Of a DNA stretch of 32,000 nucleotides, positions 1 to 7,242 are shown piece by piece. The first letter of the stretch is position 1. The number at the start of each line of letters is the position of its first letter. The notes beneath the pieces are model-generated. The model did no database searches. It was not told where the DNA came from and worked only from the letters and a program-made list of their open reading frames with translations. Made by a program: the position numbers and the translations under genes. Origin of the DNA: an uncultured Alphaproteobacteria bacterium (lineage in GTDB: Bacteria > Pseudomonadota > Alphaproteobacteria > Rs-D84 > CACZYB01); assembly GCA_934246625.1 (NCBI GenBank), contig CAKQHZ010000002.1, positions 132,817 to 164,816 of the forward strand, in the 5' to 3' direction.

Positions 1-220
1 TCTTGCTGGGCTTGCTTCTATGTATATTGATGCGAATACTCGTGATAATTATTATGCTGTGCAAACAGATATTAGAATTACAGAAAAGTCAAAGGGTGTA
101 AATCCAAAATATTATACAACTGTTTTGACAGTTATGGCAAATCAAGTTAATTTGACCCCACAAAGTGCAAGTGCTCCTATTAAAGAAGCGATTGCAAATT
201 CTTTGGCTGGATTATTTTAA
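1..220 (+). CDS. 3' end of an ORF entering from the left window edge (partial); product unknown
   Basis: The frame is open from nt 2 (LAGLAS-MYIDANTRDNYY...) to a TAA at 218-220, followed by a hairpin terminator. The protein ends ...ANSLAGLF; a terminal aromatic residue is common in outer-membrane proteins, but this is a weak hint only. Confidence 0.35.
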   Translation, partial: LAGLASMYIDANTRDNYYAVQTDIRITEKSKGVNPKYYTTVLTVMANQVNLTPQSASAPIKEAIANSLAGLF

Positions 221-238
221 ATAAAAATATTGTTTTAG

Positions 239-266
239 TCCCCTTTTTGATAAGGGGATTTTTTTT
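239..266 (+). terminator. Rho-independent terminator
   Basis: tcccc (239-243) pairs with gggga (254-258), followed by a T8 run. Confidence 0.6.
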
Positions 267-277
267 ATATAAAATTA

Positions 278-306
278 TTGACAAAATAAATAAATTAGTA
301 TAAATT
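278..306 (+). promoter_or_regulatory. sigma70-like promoter
   Basis: TTGACA at 278-283, then either a 17-nt spacer and TAAATT or a 15-nt spacer and TATAAA, about 30 nt upstream of the ATG at 339. Confidence 0.4.
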
Positions 307-338
307 AAAGTCGATTATGTAATAAAAAGGACTTTAAA

Positions 339-1565
339 ATGGCTATAAACAAAGAAAAATCAATCAATTATGTTTTAAGTGGTGTTGTATTTATAATTGC
401 GGTTGTGATTGTAAGCAAGTTGGCTTTGAACCTATGGCAATTTGATATTTTTAATTTAAAACATTATAAGGCCTTTGGTAGATTTATTGCAAATGGAAGG
501 TTTTTTAAATCTCCTAAATATATTTCTTTTGTTATGGTTATGATTGGTTCTTGTTTAATTACTTATTTTTCAGTGTTGCAAAGTTTGGATTTTGATTTAA
601 GCAAGTTTGTAAAGACTCCTGAACCAAAAAATGAAGATGCGGAAGTTGTTCCTGCAAATGTTGAGGAAAAAGAAGTGGCTCCTGTTGCACAACAAAAAGC
701 AATGGAAGATGAAAAGAATTCACAATATGCAATGTATAATACTCCTTCTGAAGTAAAAGAAGTTGAAGTTGTAAATGAAAAGCAAGTTGTTCAAAATGCT
801 CCTGTGAAAGAAGAGGTTGTTCCAGTAAAAGAAAATGTTGATGAGGAAAAGGAACGTGAAAGACTTCAATCAAAAATCAGAGAAGTGATGGAACGACTTA
901 AAAACAAATCATTGAATCAAGATGAAAATGAAGATGAAGTCAAAGAAGAGGTTTCATCAGTTGTTCCAGAAGAACAAAAAATTTTGACACCTATGCAATT
1001 TGATGAATTAAAGAAAAGTAGTGAAATGAATTTCAAAAATATTTCACAAGAACAAAATACAAATATAGAGGAAACTTTTATTTCCGCTGGGTTTAAATTG
1101 CTAAGTGAAATAAGAATTGGTAAAACAGGTATTGATTATTTGGCGGTTTCAAAATCTGAAATTGCGATATTACAACTTGATACAAAAGATGGTAATTGGA
1201 TGGCATCAGAAGACAAAATTGGTGATGAACTTCCTGTATGGTTTTCAGAGGAGGAAAGAAAGTATTCTCCTGTGGCAAGGGCTGTTGAAGCAAAGAACGC
1301 CATTGCGGAACTTATAAATGGAAAAGTTGATTTGCCAATAAAGGCTTATGCTTGTCTTGCAAACAGTGGTGTTATGAATTATTTCGATATAGAAAATAGT
1401 TGGAAAAATCTTGGTGTCGATGTGATACGTCTTTCTTCTAATAAAACAATAGATGATATTGATACTTTGGAAGAAACTTTCCCAATTTCAAGTCAGGAAG
1501 AAGTTGATGAGGAAACTATGAATACTTTGATTGGAATTTTGGAAAAGGCTGAACTTCCTGAATAA
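339..1565 (+). CDS. Membrane-anchored acidic protein with a C-terminal NERD-like (PD-(D/E)xK-type) domain
   Basis: Two N-terminal hydrophobic helices (VLSGVVFIIAVVIVSKLAL, ISFVMVMIGSCLITYF), then a long E/K/V-rich linker. The C-terminal stretch GKTGIDYLAVSKSEIAILQLDTKDGNW...SPVARAVEAKNAIAELI matches my recollection of the NERD pattern (not searched). Confidence 0.6.
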   Translation: MAINKEKSINYVLSGVVFIIAVVIVSKLALNLWQFDIFNLKHYKAFGRFIANGRFFKSPKYISFVMVMIGSCLITYFSVLQSLDFDLSKFVKTPEPKNEDAEVVPANVEEKEVAPVAQQKAMEDEKNSQYAMYNTPSEVKEVEVVNEKQVVQNAPVKEEVVPVKENVDEEKERERLQSKIREVMERLKNKSLNQDENEDEVKEEVSSVVPEEQKILTPMQFDELKKSSEMNFKNISQEQNTNIEETFISAGFKLLSEIRIGKTGIDYLAVSKSEIAILQLDTKDGNWMASEDKIGDELPVWFSEEERKYSPVARAVEAKNAIAELINGKVDLPIKAYACLANSGVMNYFDIENSWKNLGVDVIRLSSNKTIDDIDTLEETFPISSQEEVDEETMNTLIGILEKAELPE

Positions 1566-1715
1566 TCTTTGGCAATACAACTAAAATCCTATTTTTATAC
1601 AAAATATAGGGTTATAAATAATCTTGCTTTACTTTTTGTAAAATATTTTATATATTGTTATGCACGTATTTAAATTTGATACAAAAAATTATTTAACAAA
1701 CAAAAGGAAACATAA

Positions 1716-2168
1716 ATGTTTAAAAAAAGAAAAGATATAAATGAATTGGTAACTGAATTAGTTGGACTTTTAAATCAACATAACCTTTCTGAAATTGAAT
1801 ATGAAAGAAATGGTTCAAGAATTAAAATTTCAAATTCAAAAGGTGGTGCAATTATCGCTGGTGGTGTAATGCCTTCTGCAAGTGCTCCTGTTGCATCTGC
1901 TTCAAATACAAGTGTTTCTGTAAAAGAAGATTATTCAAATGCTCTTAAATCACCTATGGTTGGTGTTGTTTATATGAGCCCAGAACCAAATGCAAAAAGT
2001 TTTGTTGTTGAAGGTCAATCAGTTAAAAAAGGTGATACTCTTTGTTTAATTGAAGCAATGAAAACTTTCAATCCTGTTAAATCACCTGTTGATGGTGTTG
2101 TTAAAAAAATCCTTGTTAAAAATTCTGAAACAGTTGAATATGAACAACCTTTATTCGTTATAGAATAA
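1716..2168 (+). CDS. accB: Acetyl-CoA carboxylase biotin carboxyl carrier protein
   Basis: Biotinyl-lysine motif CLIEAMKTFNPV, an Ala/Pro/Ser-rich linker, 150 aa, and position immediately upstream of accC. Confidence 0.9.
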   Translation: MFKKRKDINELVTELVGLLNQHNLSEIEYERNGSRIKISNSKGGAIIAGGVMPSASAPVASASNTSVSVKEDYSNALKSPMVGVVYMSPEPNAKSFVVEGQSVKKGDTLCLIEAMKTFNPVKSPVDGVVKKILVKNSETVEYEQPLFVIE

Positions 2169-2181
2169 GAAAGGCAATGAT

Positions 2182-3603
2182 ATGTTTAAAAAAATATTGA
2201 TTGCGAATCGTGGTGAAATTGCACTTCGTATAATTCGTGCTTGTCGCGAAATGGGTATTAAAACTGTAGCTGTGCATTCTACTGTAGATAGTGATGCTAT
2301 GTATGTTAAAATGGCAGATGAATCTGTTTGTATTGGACCTGCATCTTCTGCGGAATCTTATTTGAATAAGTCTGCAATTATTTCTGCTGCGGTGGTTACA
2401 AATGCAGATGCTGTGCACCCTGGATATGGTTTCTTGTCTGAAAATGCTGAATTTGCAGATATGTTAGAAGCTCATGGTATTGAATTTATTGGACCTACAC
2501 CTGAACATATACGAAAAATGGGTGATAAGGTTGAAGCAAAAAGAACTGCTATTGAATATGGTATTCCAGTTGTTCCAGGTAGTGATGGCGCTTTGGATAA
2601 TGTAAACGATGCAATTAAAACTGCAGAAAAAATTGGTTATCCTGTTATTATTAAGGCTGCTAGTGGTGGTGGCGGTAGAGGTATGAAAATTGCTTTTAAT
2701 GAAGAAGAGTTAAAGGCGCAATATCCTATTGCTAAATCTGAAGCAAAGTCTGCTTTTGGTGATGAACGTGTTTATATGGAAAAATATCTTGTGAACCCAA
2801 AGCATATTGAAGTTCAAGTCCTTGGCGATAAATATGGTAATGTTGTAACTCTTGGTGAACGTGATTGTTCTTGCCAAAGAAAAAACCAAAAACTTATTGA
2901 AGAGGCTCCTGCTTCTATTTTGACTAAAAAAGAAAGCACTGATATACAAGCTATTGTAAGAAATGCAATGCAAAAAATGGGTTATCGTGGTGTTGGAACT
3001 ATTGAATTTTTGTTTGAAAATGGAAAATTCTATTTCATGGAAATGAATACAAGACTTCAAGTTGAACATCCTGTAACTGAACAAGTTTTCGGTGTTGATT
3101 TGGTTCGTGAACAAATTCGTGTTGCTCAAGGTGAAAAACTTGGTTATAAACAAGAAGATATTAAACCAAATGGTCATGCTATTGAATGTCGTATCAATGC
3201 AGAAGACCCAGAAACATTTATTCCTTTCCCTGGAACAGTAAAATATTATCATGCTCCTGGTGGTTTAGGTGTTCGTGTTGATAGTGGTCTTTACAGTGGT
3301 TATAAAATTCCATCTTGTTATGATAGTATGATTGCGAAAATTATTGTTTTTGCACCAACAAGAAAAGATGCAATTATCAGAATGCATCATTCTTTGAACG
3401 AATTTGTTATTGATGGTATTAAAACTTCTATTCCTTTGGATCAAAAAATTCTTGCACAAGAAGAATTTAAAAAGGGAACTTATCCAATTCATTGGTTAGA
3501 GGATTTTATTAAATCTGAACGAGCAGAAAAGGAAGAAGCTCTTAAACAAGAAGAGGAAAAAGAAGTTAAAAAACATAAAAAAACTTCAAAATCAAAAAAG
3601 TAA
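2182..3603 (+). CDS. accC: Acetyl-CoA carboxylase biotin carboxylase subunit
   Basis: KILIANRGEIA N-terminus, ATP-grasp loop KAASGGGGRGM, and EMNTRLQVEHPVTE. It also has a K/E-rich C-terminal tail of about 30 aa beyond the usual end. Confidence 0.95.
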   Translation: MFKKILIANRGEIALRIIRACREMGIKTVAVHSTVDSDAMYVKMADESVCIGPASSAESYLNKSAIISAAVVTNADAVHPGYGFLSENAEFADMLEAHGIEFIGPTPEHIRKMGDKVEAKRTAIEYGIPVVPGSDGALDNVNDAIKTAEKIGYPVIIKAASGGGGRGMKIAFNEEELKAQYPIAKSEAKSAFGDERVYMEKYLVNPKHIEVQVLGDKYGNVVTLGERDCSCQRKNQKLIEEAPASILTKKESTDIQAIVRNAMQKMGYRGVGTIEFLFENGKFYFMEMNTRLQVEHPVTEQVFGVDLVREQIRVAQGEKLGYKQEDIKPNGHAIECRINAEDPETFIPFPGTVKYYHAPGGLGVRVDSGLYSGYKIPSCYDSMIAKIIVFAPTRKDAIIRMHHSLNEFVIDGIKTSIPLDQKILAQEEFKKGTYPIHWLEDFIKSERAEKEEALKQEEEKEVKKHKKTSKSKK

Positions 3604-3610
3604 AAATGAA

Positions 3611-3634
3611 ATCCCCCAATAAGGGGGATTTTTT
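3611..3634. terminator. Bidirectional hairpin terminator between the convergent accC and the Cys-rich protein gene
   Basis: atccccc (3611-3617) pairs with gggggat (3623-3629). T-runs follow the hairpin on both strands. Confidence 0.6.
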
Positions 3635-3650
3635 AATTGTATAAATTATT

Positions 3651-4115
3651 TTATTGGTGAACACCTCCACCAGTATTTTGGCCACGTTCGTTTGCAGATA
3701 TTTTATATGATGATTTTTCTGTGCAATATCCAAATGAATTTACGACATAACCATTTTTGCAAGTTGTTGACCAGCCAGTTTTGTTATCACAAGTTTCCAT
3801 ATAAGGATCTCTTTGAGAACAAGACTTGCATGCAGTTTGTCCATAACTTGGATTGTATGTTTTAGCTGGGCATGTGTCACAATAATTTTTAGGGTAACGG
3901 TTAAATATAATAGGACGTCTATCAGAGTAAGGGCTAAATATAATAGGACGTCTATCAGAGTAAGGGCTAAATATAATAGGACGGCTATATTTAGAAATTG
4001 TTCCTGGTGGGCATGCTTTACAGCTGTAAGTTTTTTGAGTGTTTGCATAGGTTTGTTGTATAGGTATGCTTAATATTCCTATTATCACAAATAGGGAAAA
4101 GTGTAATTTCGTCAT
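3651..4115 (-). CDS. Secreted Cys-rich protein with three tandem RPIIFSPYSDR units
   Basis: I moved the start to the ATG at 4115, which has an AGGAAG SD; the track start at 4151 sits inside a terminator hairpin. The signal peptide is MTKLHFSLFVIIGILSIPIQQTYA. There are nine Cys, including the CKACPPGT and CDTCPAKTY..CKSC spacings. Confidence 0.7.
   Translation of the reverse strand: MTKLHFSLFVIIGILSIPIQQTYANTQKTYSCKACPPGTISKYSRPIIFSPYSDRRPIIFSPYSDRRPIIFNRYPKNYCDTCPAKTYNPSYGQTACKSCSQRDPYMETCDNKTGWSTTCKNGYVVNSFGYCTEKSSYKISANERGQNTGGGVHQ
3903..3988. repeat. 33-bp tandem repeat, about 2.6 copies, in frame within the Cys-rich protein gene
   Basis: aaatataataggacgtctatcagagtaagggct occurs at 3903-3935 and, identically, at 3936-3968. 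A partial copy with one mismatch lies at 3969-3988. Confidence 0.9.
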
Positions 4116-4138
4116 TGGTCTTCCTTTCTTTTTTACAT

Positions 4139-4267
4139 AAAAAAGCCACACTTGTCCTTGTGTGGTCGGGTAGTTAGTCGAATCTTACAATAAAATTCCT
4201 ATGGCTTTTGGAAAAAAAATTTCCCTGTTCTATAACCATAGCTACCCGACTTTTTAAAGTCAGGTAG
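4139..4267 (-). promoter_or_regulatory. Structured 5' leader with alternative pairings and a terminator (attenuator/riboswitch-like) upstream of the Cys-rich protein gene
   Basis: On the minus-strand RNA, CUACCUGAC (4267-4259) and CUACCCGAC (4173-4165) can each pair with GUCGGGUAG (4250-4242). The downstream copy abuts the hairpin ccacac/gtgtgg (4146-4165) and a U6 run (4144-4139), 24 nt before the ATG. The first pairing has a G.U on the minus strand but a C.A mismatch on the plus strand, which favours a minus-strand RNA. Confidence 0.4.
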
Positions 4268-4451
4268 TTTGGTGGTGATTACACCTTTTTATTGTAATGG
4301 GCGACTAAACCCTAAATATAGAGACTAATCTATATTTGTTGATAGTATATATGATAAGTTTTTATGGCGCAAGTTGAAATTTTTTGTGTGAATTTTTCGT
4401 AGGGTTTTAAGATTTGTAATTGGCAAAAAATAAAGTGTTCTAAAATTGTTC

Positions 4452-4480
4452 TTGACTTTTTATCAAAAATAGTGTATAGT
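4452..4480 (+). promoter_or_regulatory. sigma70-like promoter of the virion block
   Basis: TTGACT (4452-4457), a 17-nt spacer, then TATAGT (4475-4480). Confidence 0.55.
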
Positions 4481-4492
4481 AAATTTCAACTA

Positions 4493-4562
4493 ATGGGATA
4501 AGTGTGCCCATTTTTATATTTAATTTAGCCTTCATATTTTCTTATGAAGGTTTTTCTTTTTT
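4493..4562 (+). promoter_or_regulatory. Leader with two consecutive terminator-like hairpins (motif TGGGATAAG..GCCCATTTTT, then agccttcata/tatgaaggt plus a T-run)
   Basis: Hairpin 1 is aatggg/cccatt (4492-4512), followed by T5. Hairpin 2 spans 4527-4551, followed by a T-rich run to 4562. The SD AGGAG and the ATG at 4575 follow directly. Confidence 0.45.
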
Positions 4563-4574
4563 AGGAGTTATGTT

Positions 4575-4862
4575 ATGAACGGAGGAATTGATTTATCCTG
4601 GTGGATAAGTGTTGTTGAAATACCCGTGTTCTTAGGTTTGTTTTGGATTATCCGAAATAATATGAGTTATTTGGAAAATTCGTTGAAACAACAAGAAGAA
4701 AAATCAAAACGAGAAATTGTTTCAATGATTGAAAATATTGCGTCTTTTCGTGTTGATGTGGCAATGAACTATGCCTCTATGTCTTATTTAAAAGACGTGG
4801 AAAATCGATTGACGGCTCATCTTCTTCGTATTGAAGAAAAAATTTCATCAGGAGGGTTTTGA
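4575..4862 (+). CDS. Small membrane-anchored coiled-coil protein (possibly holin/spanin-like)
   Basis: One N-terminal TM helix (WWISVVEIPVFLGLFWII) followed by a coiled-coil-like segment. An ATGA overlap couples it to the next gene, which is hydrolase-like. The function is inferred from context only. Confidence 0.55.
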   Translation: MNGGIDLSWWISVVEIPVFLGLFWIIRNNMSYLENSLKQQEEKSKREIVSMIENIASFRVDVAMNYASMSYLKDVENRLTAHLLRIEEKISSGGF

Positions 4863-5308
4863 TGGCTTTTATAGAAAACAGAAATAATCAAATTCGCAAA
4901 ATGAAACTTGATAATAATTTTAATAAATTAGTTTTTGCAAAAACAATTTTTAAAGTTGTTGGCGAAAATCAAAATATTGAATTGTTAAAAGCTGTTGCAA
5001 ATGTTGTGATGAACAGATTTTTATATGAATATGAAATTGATGATGAAATGACTTTTGTAAAATGTATTACAAATGTAGATTTGTTTCCATGTTGGAAAAA
5101 TCTTAAATCAATGGATGAAATTGATTTGCAAAATTGCTTTTTTAAAAAATGTTTTTCTTTGGCTTTAAAAATGTTGAATGGAAAAGTGGAAGATAATACT
5201 TTGTCTTCTATTAAATTTAAAAAAGTTTCTGAGTGTCCTGTATGGGCTGTGGGTTTAAAATATGTTAAGGCGATAGATGATTATCTTTTTTACAATAATT
5301 GTGATTAA
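4859..5308 (+). CDS. SleB/Hydrolase_2-family cell-wall hydrolase-like protein (endolysin candidate)
   Basis: The pattern AKTIFKVVGENQN..LLKAVANVVMNRF ... LFPCW ... ALKMLNGKVEDNT...CPVWA...IDDYLFY matches my recollection of the SleB-type hydrolase signature (LA.tiygEa...AVa.VilNR ... qFscw ... P.Wa ... h.Fy). Confidence 0.55.
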   Translation: MMAFIENRNNQIRKMKLDNNFNKLVFAKTIFKVVGENQNIELLKAVANVVMNRFLYEYEIDDEMTFVKCITNVDLFPCWKNLKSMDEIDLQNCFFKKCFSLALKMLNGKVEDNTLSSIKFKKVSECPVWAVGLKYVKAIDDYLFYNNCD

Positions 5309-5329
5309 CAATAAGCAAAGGAGTTTATT

Positions 5330-6064
5330 ATGACAGAGTTAAAAAATGATGAATTAAAAAAATCTGTGGAAAAAAAGGAAGAAAAAATTTCAAAATTAAA
5401 ACCTGAAAATGTTCCTGTGAAATTTTGGAATGATGCAAATGGTGAAATTCGTGTTGATGAACTTTTGAAATCATATTTGGAATTGGAAAAAAAGTTTAGT
5501 GAAGTTTCAAAAAATAAAAATGATAAAAATATTTTGGAACTTGCTCTTGAAACAGATGTGCCTGCTGGTGAATATCAAATTGAACTTCATCATAAACTTT
5601 TGACGATTGATGATAATGTTAATAAACGTTTGAAAGATGCAGGTTTTACAAATAAGCAAGCTCAACTTGTTTATGATTTGGGTGCTGAAATTATGATGCC
5701 TTTGATTGAGGAAATCAGCGGAGAATTTCGTATGTATCGAGAATTAGAAAAACTTGAAAAATACTTTGGTGGAGAAGAACGTTTTGATGAAATTTCACGA
5801 CAAATTTCAAAGTGGGCAGAAAAAAATATTCCATCAGAAATTTATAATTCTCTTAACAAATCTTATTATGGTGTGATTGCTTTGTTTAATATGATGAATG
5901 GTGGTAATGAACCATCAATGATAAATATGGTTGGCGAAAAAGAAAATATTTTAAATGAAAAAAAATTAAAAGATATGATGAACGATCCTCGTTATTGGAG
6001 AGATGGTGATAAAGATTTTATAAAAAAAGTTGATGATGGATTTAAAAATTTATATGACAGATAA
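5330..6064 (+). CDS. Acidic coiled-coil protein in the scaffold (T7 gp9) position
   Basis: 244 aa, E/K-rich and helical-looking, located upstream of the capsid gene as in T7-like phages. I recognised no sequence motif. Confidence 0.5.
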   Translation: MTELKNDELKKSVEKKEEKISKLKPENVPVKFWNDANGEIRVDELLKSYLELEKKFSEVSKNKNDKNILELALETDVPAGEYQIELHHKLLTIDDNVNKRLKDAGFTNKQAQLVYDLGAEIMMPLIEEISGEFRMYRELEKLEKYFGGEERFDEISRQISKWAEKNIPSEIYNSLNKSYYGVIALFNMMNGGNEPSMINMVGEKENILNEKKLKDMMNDPRYWRDGDKDFIKKVDDGFKNLYDR

Positions 6065-6158
6065 TTACTTTTTTGTATTTTTTTTGATAATTTTTATTGC
6101 AGTGTAATTTTGATTATGTTATACTAAACTTGTCTTTTGTTAAATAGGAGAGAGAAAT

Positions 6159-6500
6159 ATGTTTAAAAGTATAATTAAAAAAGCTAAATCTACTGCTAAA
6201 AAAGTTGAAACAAAAAAGGCAGAAGTTAAAAAGGCACCTGCAAAAAAAGTTGCAGTAAAAAAAGTAGCTGAAAAGAAAGCTCCAGCTAAGAAAGTAGTTG
6301 CTAAAAAGGCACCTGCAAAAAAAGTTGCAGTAAAAAAAGTGGCTGTGAAAAAAGCTCCTGCTAAAAAAGTAGTTGCTAAAAAAGCACCTGCAAAAAAAGT
6401 AGTTGTAAAAAAAATCGTAGTTAAAAAAGCATCTGTTAAAACTACTTCTGTAAAAAAAACAGTTAAACCAGTTGCAAAAAAAAAAGTAGCAAAGAAGTAG
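6159..6500 (+). CDS. Lysine/alanine-rich histone H1-like repeat protein (KKAPAKKV repeats)
   Basis: 113 aa, almost entirely K/A/V/P, with AKKAPAKKVAVKKVA-type repeats. An AGGAGAG SD precedes the ATG. The composition is typical of bacterial H1-like/AlgP-like DNA binders. Confidence 0.65.
   Translation: MFKSIIKKAKSTAKKVETKKAEVKKAPAKKVAVKKVAEKKAPAKKVVAKKAPAKKVAVKKVAVKKAPAKKVVAKKAPAKKVVVKKIVVKKASVKTTSVKKTVKPVAKKKVAKK
6228..6420. repeat. 75-bp tandem repeat (about 2.6 copies) encoding the KKAPAKK units
   Basis: aaaaaggcacctgcaaaaaaagt... restarts at 6228, 6303 and 6378, with few substitutions between copies. Confidence 0.8.
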
Positions 6501-6514
6501 TTGTTGATATTTCT

Positions 6515-7075
6515 TTGGTAAAATCAAATCCCAATAAAAAGGGTGATGAGGTAGTTCAAAAGAAAACTTCATTACTTTCTTCTTTGTTGGGATTTTTTTA
6601 TACGAAAACAAAAAAAATACTTAGTGTTTATTTGTCTTTGGTTGTAATTTTTTCTTTTGCATTTGCATTTTACAAAGAACTTAAGGTTTATAGTTTAGTT
6701 CGTTTTGCAATGAACCCATTGGAAATTATGTTTATAAGTGTTGTTGGTGCAGTATTCTTGATTATTAAATTATTTATACCTGTTTTAATTGTTGTGGTTA
6801 TTGCAAAATTATTTATGTTAAAGTCAAGAAAAATAAAGGTTCAACCAAAATTTAAAAAAAGTTTTAAAAGACAAACTTTGATTGCATTTGTGGTTTCATT
6901 TATTTTTGCAACTTTGTTTTATTATGATGTTGTTTTGGTTGCAAAATTTTCTCCACAACTTGTAAAATCTTCTGTTGAATTATTTGTGTTATTTTTTATA
7001 TCTGTTTTATTTACTTTGTCTTCTATGTATGGTGTTATCAAAGGAGTTGCACCAGTTTTGGAAGAAAAAAAATAA
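6515..7075 (+). CDS. Polytopic membrane protein (4-5 TM helices), unknown function
   Basis: The track ORF uses a non-ATG start, so the true start is uncertain. Hydrophobic helices include VYLSLVVIFSFAFAF, ISVVGAVFLIIKLFIPVLIVVVIAKLF, LIAFVVSFIFATLFYY and LFVLFFISVLFTL. Confidence 0.55.
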   Translation: MVKSNPNKKGDEVVQKKTSLLSSLLGFFYTKTKKILSVYLSLVVIFSFAFAFYKELKVYSLVRFAMNPLEIMFISVVGAVFLIIKLFIPVLIVVVIAKLFMLKSRKIKVQPKFKKSFKRQTLIAFVVSFIFATLFYYDVVLVAKFSPQLVKSSVELFVLFFISVLFTLSSMYGVIKGVAPVLEEKK

Positions 7076-7110
7076 TTCGATATACTTTTTAATTATACTT
7101 TGTAAAGTTT

Positions 7111-7140
7111 AAAATCCGTCAGTTTTTGGCGGATTTTTAA
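7111..7140 (+). terminator. Rho-independent terminator
   Basis: aatccgtc/ggcggatt hairpin followed by TTTTTAATTTT. Confidence 0.5.
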
Positions 7141-7165
7141 TTTTGCAAATAATACTTGCAAAAAT

Positions 7166-7219
7166 TGGGATAACATTTTTTTGCCCCATTTTACCGACCC
7201 TTTTATGGGTCTTTTTTTT
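7166..7219 (+). promoter_or_regulatory. Second copy of the dual-hairpin leader motif, directly upstream of the capsid gene
   Basis: TGGGATAAC (7166-7174) ... GCCCCATTTT (7183-7192), then the gaccc/gggtc hairpin (7196-7211) plus T8. The SD AGGAG and the ATG at 7243 follow. Confidence 0.4.
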
Positions 7220-7242
7220 AACAATAAAAAAGGAGATAAAAT

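Noticed and set aside
3514-3603. The K/E-rich C-terminal tail of AccC as a separate functional module
   Set aside because: It is a low-complexity extension of a kind common in AT-rich genomes. There is no motif and no evidence of function.
4139-4330. A known housekeeping RNA (SRP/4.5S, 6S, RNase P, tmRNA) in the accC-virion intergenic region
   Set aside because: I could not find the conserved cores: GGAA/AGCA of SRP domain IV, GAGGAAAGUCC of RNase P, or a tmRNA acceptor. I therefore treat it as an unclassified leader.
6477-6560. Apparent compensating +/-1 differences between my hand count of an A-run (about 6477-6485) and a T-run (about 6552-6559) and the supplied ORF track (ORFs 6159..6500 and 6515..7075)
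   Set aside because: This is most likely my own miscounting of long homopolymers. I defer to the computed ORF track and do not claim a frameshift.
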